Virus record (IMG/VR): IMGVR_UViG_3300009103_001934
Coordinates: 64,001 to 128,000 of that record
Direction: 5' to 3' (one strand)
DNA from: a virus
Length of the DNA stretch: 64,000 bases
The number at the start of each line of letters is the position of its first letter. Position 1 is the first letter of the stretch. Below, in pieces: positions 58,242 through 64,000 of this stretch. Below the pieces are notes generated by a model, which searched no databases, was not told the origin of the DNA, and saw only the letters and a list, made by a program, of their open reading frames with translations. Position numbers and translations under genes: made by a program.

Positions 58242-58478
58242 ATGATGAACGAATTAGATCAACTCAAAGAAGACATTTGCATGAAGAGCTTCGGTCGCAG
58301 CCGAAGTCTCGCGCTAGCCGCAGGGCAGTGTGTTAAGTGTGGAACCTATGACCTCGACTTTCGCGATGAACCATCGCAACGTGAGTACAAACTCACCGTG
58401 TGGTGTCAGTCGTGCCAAGACGATTTCTTCGGGCTGGATTCGGACGGTGAAATCGCATGGGAGGAGGATGAGGATTAA
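58242..58478 (+). CDS. Small Zn-finger-like protein (leaderless)
   Basis: CVKC...CQSC; promoter TTGACG-N17-TACTAT. Confidence 0.65.
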   Translation: MMNELDQLKEDICMKSFGRSRSLALAAGQCVKCGTYDLDFRDEPSQREYKLTVWCQSCQDDFFGLDSDGEIAWEEDED

Positions 58479-58990
58479 TGGATATCGCAAACACACTTAA
58501 GCGCGAGGTCTATCGCAACCTTCACTTCAGGAACGAGACCGTTTATTCTGTACGTAAGGAAGGCCTTGTAGAGGGGCATGCCCTGATGGTCATCATGGAC
58601 GGAACGACTAAGACCCCAATTAAGTTTGCGGTCGGCCCTAAGGGCAACCAGCGCGTACGTGATGAAGAGCGCAAGAACGTGCACGCTGTTATCCGCGGGC
58701 ACATCAACAACGCCGTGTGGTATACAAGTGACATGGATGTGGATGCATTCGAAATGGGTCATGCTAAGGATGCCTGCGAGTACTTTAAAAAACAGTACAT
58801 GATCGAGCGTGAGGGATATCGATGGCTTGAGGTTGTATATAATCCTTACAAGTACCGCACCTTCATGACTCGTGACACGGATCCTTTCAGATCGAATGAA
58901 GACGTCTATGAGCCTATCTTTACCGCTCGCACAGTCATCATCGGCGAGACGTGCTGGGCGCAAGTCCGGGCGGAGCACGAGATGAATTAA
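58478..58990 (+). CDS. Hypothetical phage protein
   Basis: YRNLH...YSVR, KNVHA.IRG, YNPYKY..F. Confidence 0.65.
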   Translation: MDIANTLKREVYRNLHFRNETVYSVRKEGLVEGHALMVIMDGTTKTPIKFAVGPKGNQRVRDEERKNVHAVIRGHINNAVWYTSDMDVDAFEMGHAKDACEYFKKQYMIEREGYRWLEVVYNPYKYRTFMTRDTDPFRSNEDVYEPIFTARTVIIGETCWAQVRAEHEMN

Positions 58991-59006
58991 TATTTTTCCT
59001 CCATCA

Positions 59007-59052
59007 GGCGGGTCCGGGTTTTATGTGTTTGACCGGGCCCGCCTACTTTTTT
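59007..59052 (+). terminator. Hairpin terminator
   Basis: GGCGGGTCCGG...CCGGGCCCGCC then T-run. Confidence 0.65.
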
Positions 59053-59054
59053 GC

Positions 59055-59088
59055 TTGACATTTCGGGACCGGTCCCGCGGCTTGTCAA
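59055..59088. repeat. GGGACCGGTCCC element 3
   Basis: Core at 59065-59076 between TTGACA and TGTCAA; TTATCCACA follows at 59096. Confidence 0.9.
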
Positions 59089-59166
59089 GCTTTTTTTATC
59101 CACAACCTGTGAATTATTTTTTCATTTTTTTCTTGCCTTTTTCTGCTCAACCTGTATAATGCTCGC

Positions 59167-59295
59167 ATGAAGATTAAAGCAAGAGTAAGCAAACAAGGAT
59201 TTATGGGCAGCGCGTCCCGTGAACACAGAGTGAAGAAGGGCAAAGGCTCTTTCACTCGCAAACAAAAACACAAAAAAAGTATTGACACAAACTAG
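59167..59295 (+). CDS. arfA: ArfA-like alternative ribosome-rescue factor (42 aa, not in ORF track)
   Basis: MKIKARVSKQGFMGSASREHRVKKGKGSFTRKQKHKKSIDTN; KKGKGS[FY]xRKxKH motif; leaderless behind TATAAT. Confidence 0.7.
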   Translation: MKIKARVSKQGFMGSASREHRVKKGKGSFTRKQKHKKSIDTN

Positions 59296-59314
59296 GATAT
59301 AGGAGATAATCATA

Positions 59315-59746
59315 ATGATGATGGACGATATAAAACTGACCTACATTCCAGACTCTCACGACTGGATTAAAGTATATTTGCAAGCACCTAACGCAGAACT
59401 TGCCGAGGCGTGGTTTAATTCCTTTTGGAATCACAACGCTACAAGCCAAGACGAGCCAGAATGGATATTCAAAAACGAGTTGGCATTTTGTACCACTTGG
59501 GACAAGCTAACCAAGGCCATGAATGATATTTTTCTTTTCATCCTTCTTAATGATGATGAAGATGCTTTCAAAGGCGAGGAAGGCGGCGCGATGCCGTTTG
59601 CCAAGGAACTAGCCAAGGCCAAGATTGCAGAGATGAACAAAAAAGATTCATCCATGCGCTACGGTCGCCAAGGTCACGTTTACACACTCGGCGATGTTTA
59701 CACCAACGAGGAAAAGTCATTTTCTTCTGGAACGTGCGACGTTTAA
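59315..59746 (+). CDS. Hypothetical protein
   Basis: Promoter TTGACA-N17-GATAAT at 59282-59310. Confidence 0.65.
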   Translation: MMMDDIKLTYIPDSHDWIKVYLQAPNAELAEAWFNSFWNHNATSQDEPEWIFKNELAFCTTWDKLTKAMNDIFLFILLNDDEDAFKGEEGGAMPFAKELAKAKIAEMNKKDSSMRYGRQGHVYTLGDVYTNEEKSFSSGTCDV

Positions 59747-59783
59747 GCTTGACCTTTAACCCTCAAACCTTTATTATACTCTG

Positions 59784-60497
59784 ATGTTGAAATTCAAAGA
59801 TGCAAACGGTAAACTCAAGAAGATGGCAAAGAAGCTTGGCGTTAAGCTTAAAACCTTCACTCTCCCTGCGGGCTATACTTGCGGCGGTGCAAAGGATTGC
59901 CTCGCGTATGCCGACAGAAAAACGGGCAAAGTGAGAGACGGCAAGGAAACACAATTCCGTTGTTTCATGGCATCGCTCGAAGCCACCTTTCCAAGTCTCC
60001 GCGCTATGGTGTGGGAGAATTACGAGCAGTTACAAGCGGCACTGAAAAACGGCGTTGATGCTTGCGCGGATCTGATCCACAACAGCTTGCCAAAGAAGTT
60101 TGACGTAATGCGCGTTCACGTTGGCGGCGATTACTTCAGCAGGGCGTATTTGCAAGCGTGGATTGAAGTTGCCAAGCGAAACCCTGACAAGGTGTTTTAC
60201 TCTTACAGCAAAAGCTTGCACCTGTTCAAGCAATTTGCGTTACCGGAAAACCTTGTGTTGACCGCTTCCCGTGGTGGCAAGTACGATGATTTGATTGACC
60301 TCCACGCATGGAAAGAGGCGATTGTCGTATTCAGTGAAGAGGAAGCGGAAGAGCTTGACTTGGAAATTGACCACGACGATTCACACGCAGCGTTTGGCGC
60401 GGAGAATTTCGCGTTACTCATTCACGGCACACAGCCAGCAGGGAGCGCAGCAAGTGAAGCTTTGAAAGTCATAAAGAAAAAGGCAAGGGCTGCGTGA
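59784..60497 (+). CDS. gp88-like protein
   Basis: F.LPAGYTC.GA..C, CFMA, RVHVGGD.FS..Y..AW, FYSYSKS. Confidence 0.7.
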   Translation: MLKFKDANGKLKKMAKKLGVKLKTFTLPAGYTCGGAKDCLAYADRKTGKVRDGKETQFRCFMASLEATFPSLRAMVWENYEQLQAALKNGVDACADLIHNSLPKKFDVMRVHVGGDYFSRAYLQAWIEVAKRNPDKVFYSYSKSLHLFKQFALPENLVLTASRGGKYDDLIDLHAWKEAIVVFSEEEAEELDLEIDHDDSHAAFGAENFALLIHGTQPAGSAASEALKVIKKKARAA

Positions 60498-60572
60498 TGG
60501 AATTTATTGTCCTTGTTGCCATCGGGTTGTATTTCGGCGCAAAGCTTAGTCGATAAAAATGACATTTTTTGC

Positions 60573-60608
60573 TTGACAGCCGGCGGGACCGGTCCCGCGA
60601 GATGTCAA
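60573..60608. repeat. GGGACCGGTCCC element 4
   Basis: Core at 60585-60596 between TTGACA and TGTCAA. Confidence 0.9.
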
Positions 60609-60701
60609 GCTTTTTCTTTGTTATTTTTTTATTTGACACAAAGTCGGAAGTGGGGTATTATATAAACAGTGCGAACGAACTAACTAAAACTAAAAAAACT
60701 G

Positions 60702-61169
60702 ATGAACAACCTACATTCATATACTAACTACATCACTGGCACAGAACTTGAGAACGGAAAGATTCTCCTGTATGCTGGCAAAACACGCAACGGTATCGAT
60801 GACCGTAAGAAAGGCAAAATGGCTTGCGGATTCATCGCTGGCGTTGGCCTAGATGGTCGTCTGTTTGACACCGTCCATTCTAACACTAACACCAAAAACG
60901 ATAAGCTCACGGAGCAACGTCACATCAACACGATTCGTGCCGTGGCGCAATTACTCCCTGACGTTATCGTTGCTGGTAACACTTATGACGATGGATTTTA
61001 TGGGGGAATCATTTCGTCCATCAGTCCTAGCGTCTACGACAAAGTCGTAAGCTGGGTACAGGGTACGCGCACTATGACAGAAAAGCGCATGGTGGCGAAC
61101 AAGCGAAAGCTGGCTCGAAAGCTCGCTCAAGTGAAGCGAGCTAGGCAAGCAAAGAAGGCTTTGGCTTAA
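60702..61169 (+). CDS. Hypothetical protein
   Basis: Promoter TTGACA-N17-TATTAT at 60633-60661; weak YAGKT similarity to GIY-YIG. Confidence 0.65.
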   Translation: MNNLHSYTNYITGTELENGKILLYAGKTRNGIDDRKKGKMACGFIAGVGLDGRLFDTVHSNTNTKNDKLTEQRHINTIRAVAQLLPDVIVAGNTYDDGFYGGIISSISPSVYDKVVSWVQGTRTMTEKRMVANKRKLARKLAQVKRARQAKKALA

Positions 61170-61269
61170 CCCTAGTAGGGGGGAGAGAGTTTGGCGTGAA
61201 TGCTTCGCCTCTTGAGTGGCTCTCTCCCCTCTTGACTTTTCAACAGAAACCCATTATACTTTTATACTT

Positions 61270-61743
61270 ATGGAGAGAATACATATAATTATTGGATTGA
61301 TAATCTTCTTTATTATTAGCATAACCGCTTCGGGCGATGAAGTCTTAACAAGGGACGAGCGTATTGTTGCACTCACTATACTGGGAGAAGCCCGTGGTGA
61401 AGGTAAAAAAGGAATGTATGCTGTCGCCTGTGTAATTCAGAAACGCGCGTCAGAACGCAACCTCACGCCAGCAAAGGTATGCCACCAACCTTATCAGTTC
61501 AGCATTTGGAACGCTGGAAAGGGTAAGATAAAAAAAGAAAGTGAGTTGTATTATTTGTGGAAATCTAAATCCATGATGTACGCCAGAGAGTTAGCGAGAA
61601 CAGTTTGCAAAGGTAAATTGTTAGATCAAAAATTCACTGGTAACGCAAATCACTATTGCAGAAAAGAAATCAATAACTATTGGACAAAGAAAGGAACAAT
61701 AACAAAGGTAATTGGAAATCATAAATTTTTCAAATTACGATAG
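61270..61743 (+). CDS. SleB-like cell wall hydrolase (Hydrolase_2)
   Basis: Signal peptide, TILGEARGE (catalytic Glu), AVA.VI, QFSIWN, IGNHKF. Confidence 0.85.
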   Translation: MERIHIIIGLIIFFIISITASGDEVLTRDERIVALTILGEARGEGKKGMYAVACVIQKRASERNLTPAKVCHQPYQFSIWNAGKGKIKKESELYYLWKSKSMMYARELARTVCKGKLLDQKFTGNANHYCRKEINNYWTKKGTITKVIGNHKFFKLR

Positions 61744-61772
61744 GCTTCAAATAATAAATCAGTGCAAATATG

Positions 61773-61833
61773 ACCCGTCCCGAATAAGGGGCGGGTTTTT
61801 TTAGGGCAAAAAAAAGGCCCGCTTTCGCGGGTT
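61773..61833. terminator. Back-to-back terminators
   Basis: ACCCGTCCC-GAATAA-GGGGCGGGT plus T-run (+); GAAA-loop hairpin plus T-run on the minus strand (61808-61833). Confidence 0.75.
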
Positions 61834-61837
61834 GTGT

Positions 61838-62044
61838 TTAGCCCTCCAAACTGGAGGGGGTGAAATCACCGTGTCCGGTGATCTCAAGGGCACGCCCGTG
61901 ATCATACTCACGGATATGCTCCTCGCGCATCCGCACGGTGCGACCATCATCCTTGAGGATGAGCCACTTGCCGTGGCGCGGAGAGGCGGCGACCACGCCA
62001 ACGTAACCGTTGACGTCTTCGACTTCCATTCCTAATGTAATCAT
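61838..62044 (-). CDS. Small beta-rich hypothetical protein
   Basis: MITLGMEV...VGVV pattern; ends at the minus-strand terminator. Confidence 0.55.
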   Translation of the reverse strand: MITLGMEVEDVNGYVGVVAASPRHGKWLILKDDGRTVRMREEHIREYDHGRALEITGHGDFTPSSLEG

Positions 62045-62095
62045 AATGATATTGATAGGGCGCGAATTCTTAGGCAGTCGCGCTCGCCCATGATG

Positions 62096-62305
62096 TTAGT
62101 CCTTCCAGACCATGTCCAGATATTCACCGTAAGTAGCAAGGTAATCCTGCCATTCGGTGTCCGTCATTAGCGGCCCATGGATTGCAACCAGATTCGCCCA
62201 ACGATCTTGGGTTTCCTGTTCGCGTGTCCACTCTTCATGCTCAAGCTGAGCTTCGATGTCTGCACTTATGGTCTCTTCTATGGTTGGCATCATGTCGTTC
62301 ATCAT
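62096..62305 (-). CDS. Small acidic hypothetical protein (leaderless)
   Basis: Minus-strand promoter TTGTGC-N17-TATATT; ATG at 62305. Confidence 0.6.
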   Translation of the reverse strand: MMNDMMPTIEETISADIEAQLEHEEWTREQETQDRWANLVAIHGPLMTDTEWQDYLATYGEYLDMVWKD

Positions 62306-62395
62306 TAGAAAGAATATAACACGCATCTAAGAAAAGCACAAGGAAAAAATTCAAAAACTATTAACAAAAAAAATGCAATTGTGAGCAAAAAAGAC

Positions 62396-62455
62396 TTGAC
62401 AGCCGCGGGACCGGTCCCGCTTATTGAGACCGAGTCTCACTAAAGTTGTGAATAA
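62396..62455. repeat. GGGACCGGTCCC element 5 with TGAGA-N5-TCTCA and TGTGAATAA
   Basis: Core 62407-62418; box 62425-62439; 62447-62455. Confidence 0.9.
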
Positions 62456-62498
62456 CTTTCTCCTTGACAATTACATCCTTTTGTAGTATATTATTTAC

Positions 62499-62687
62499 AT
62501 GATGAACGATCCATATAGCCAGATAACCAGCGGAGACCGTGACAACCTGCGTGCGGAGTTTGACGAACAAATGGCGATAATTGACGGCGCGAATAACCCT
62601 GACATGATTTGGGTTCGTGGCACCCTGCCCTATGATGATGAGGGTGTACGGTGCGGGTGCGAAGACTACCCCTGTTGTGGGCATTAG
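62499..62687 (+). CDS. Small protein with C-terminal CGCEDYPCCGH motif
   Basis: Leaderless behind TTGACA-N17-TATATT. Confidence 0.65.
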   Translation: MMNDPYSQITSGDRDNLRAEFDEQMAIIDGANNPDMIWVRGTLPYDDEGVRCGCEDYPCCGH

Positions 62688-62708
62688 TAACTTGTGAGTA
62701 AAAAAGAC

Positions 62709-62764
62709 TTGACAGCCGCGGGACCGGTCCCGTTGAGACTCAGTCTCATTAAGATTGTGAATAA
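62709..62764. repeat. GGGACCGGTCCC element 6 with TGAGA-N5-TCTCA and TGTGAATAA
   Basis: Core 62720-62731; box 62734-62748; 62756-62764. Confidence 0.9.
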
Positions 62765-62815
62765 CTTTTTGAAAAAACCGCTTGACTTTTTGGCATTTAT
62801 GGGTTATATTTAAGC

Positions 62816-63049
62816 ATGATTAAAACGAACATGAAAACTTACAACGTAGAGTTTACGACAGCATTCGCTGGCTCTCCGTTCGTCAACATCGTTCTTGAAG
62901 CCAAGGACGAAAAACAAGCTGAATGGGTTGCCCGTAACCTTTGCCGTTTCGGTTACATTAGCAACATCACAAAAACTGATGAAGTTGCTGCTTTTACCGA
63001 AGAAACTCACGCTTTTGCTTATGATGAAGATTATGAGATTTATTCATAG
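62816..63049 (+). CDS. Hypothetical protein
   Basis: Behind TTGACT-N17-TATATT. Confidence 0.6.
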   Translation: MIKTNMKTYNVEFTTAFAGSPFVNIVLEAKDEKQAEWVARNLCRFGYISNITKTDEVAAFTEETHAFAYDEDYEIYS

Positions 63050-63091
63050 GTGGGACTGCGGATGTCCCACCCAGTATGCTATACTAGACGC

Positions 63092-63547
63092 ATGATAATT
63101 AAGAACGAGATGAAAGAAAAACTAAAACCACTATTTGACCTAGACGGAACCCTTATCCGCGAGGAGCGCGGCTCAGATCGCCTATTTGATTTCCTACGGC
63201 CTCACGCTATTCTTAATCTCACAGAACACGACCTCACTCCTCTCGGAGTGTTAGTCAGAGACTCAGGCAAAGAATTTGACATTCTTACAGCACGCGGCCC
63301 AGAGAATGCGCAGTTTATCCGTATAGCTCTTGAAGCTCTCGGATTCAACGTCGGTCGAATCGTAACCGTAGGCGTAGACATTAACGAGCCAAAGGATTGG
63401 GCTAATGTTAGCAGCAAAAGAGTAGCGGCAAAGAAAATCAGAATTGCCAAATTCGTCCAAAGGAAATTGGTTGACAACGATGCTAGGAATCTGGTAGGAT
63501 TAGGAGAGTTAGGAGAGCTAGTAGCTCAAGACCAAACAGAGTTTTAA
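63092..63547 (+). CDS. HAD-family phosphatase-like
   Basis: FDLDGTL, ILTARG, VDND; extended -10 TGCTATACT. Confidence 0.75.
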   Translation: MIIKNEMKEKLKPLFDLDGTLIREERGSDRLFDFLRPHAILNLTEHDLTPLGVLVRDSGKEFDILTARGPENAQFIRIALEALGFNVGRIVTVGVDINEPKDWANVSSKRVAAKKIRIAKFVQRKLVDNDARNLVGLGELGELVAQDQTEF

Positions 63548-63548
63548 G

Positions 63549-63803
63549 ATGATGAATAAGATTATTACAATTAAAGCAAAAGCCAACGCAAGCCGGCGCA
63601 CTAAAAACCGCATTCGTGGATTTGGCCCACGTTTCATCGTAGAGAAGAAACATGACCTTAATGACATCATGGCCCTTATCGGCAAGCGTGATTCAGAGTC
63701 TTGGTTGCTGCGCGAAGTGGGCGGCCCAGACGGTGATCCGTGGTTTGGCTGGCTGCCAGCTAATGAATTTGAAATTGTTGAAACTGAAGGATTTTGGTCT
63801 TGA
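63549..63803 (+). CDS. Hypothetical protein
   Basis: TKNRIR, W.GWLP. Confidence 0.55.
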   Translation: MMNKIITIKAKANASRRTKNRIRGFGPRFIVEKKHDLNDIMALIGKRDSESWLLREVGGPDGDPWFGWLPANEFEIVETEGFWS

Positions 63804-63836
63804 CATTTAATCGGAAAACCCATATACTATAAACAG

Positions 63837-64000
63837 ATGATGAAGAAACACAACATACAAAACGCAAGCGTATTTGCCACAAAGCAATTACGCGACAATC
63901 TTAACAAAGTGCTTACTCGCAAAGAGCGGCAACAACTTGACGAAAAAGATGCTAAAACAAAATGGTATCTTGAATTGATGATTGCTGCTTGTCTCGGTGC
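63837..64000 (+). CDS. Partial hypothetical protein
   Basis: Promoter TTGACA-N17-TATACT at 63800-63828; ORF runs off the window. Confidence 0.5.
   Translation, partial: MMKKHNIQNASVFATKQLRDNLNKVLTRKERQQLDEKDAKTKWYLELMIAACLG

Noticed and set aside
60702-61169. GIY-YIG endonuclease
   Set aside because: Only a YAGKT fragment matches; the conserved Arg, Glu and Asn could not be placed.
56838-62764. CRISPR array or REP/IS ends for the GGGACCGGTCCC repeats
   Set aside because: Copies are 0.3-1.8 kb apart with whole genes between them. There are no uniform spacers, no cas gene and no transposase in the window.
1-64000. Alternative genetic code or stop-codon reassignment
   Set aside because: Long conserved genes are intact under the standard code with TAA, TAG and TGA stops, and there is no suppressor tRNA.

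Overview
This is a gene-dense 64 kb fragment of a large dsDNA bacteriophage, not a cellular chromosome. It has rIIA/rIIB, an ATP-dependent DNA ligase, ThyX, a RuvB-like ATPase, DUF932, gp88-like and SleB genes, and no ribosomal-protein or rRNA genes. Bases 1-43 kb are an AT-rich auxiliary-metabolism region: a large glycosylation/methylation toolkit, amino-acid catabolic enzymes (ornithine cyclodeaminase, proline dehydrogenase, aldehyde dehydrogenase, saccharopine/lysine dehydrogenase, histidine decarboxylase), GMP reductase, a full sigma70-type factor, signal peptidase I, an ExbB-like module, a tmRNA and three tRNAs (Arg-UCU, Ile-UAU, Leu-UAA). Bases 43-64 kb look like an early region of short genes behind canonical TTGACA-N17-TAnnnT promoters, many of them leaderless. 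The least explained signals are at 53.6-63 kb: six copies of a GGGACCGGTCCC palindrome, each just after TTGACA (four also closed by TGTCAA) and in front of a gene cassette; nearby DnaA-box-like and TGAGA-N5-TCTCA motifs; two iteron-like repeat clusters; a promoter-driven ~430 nt structured non-coding RNA candidate; a ~70 nt sRNA candidate; and a 42-aa ArfA-like ribosome-rescue gene missed by the ORF track. All protein calls come from motifs read by eye; no database search was run.
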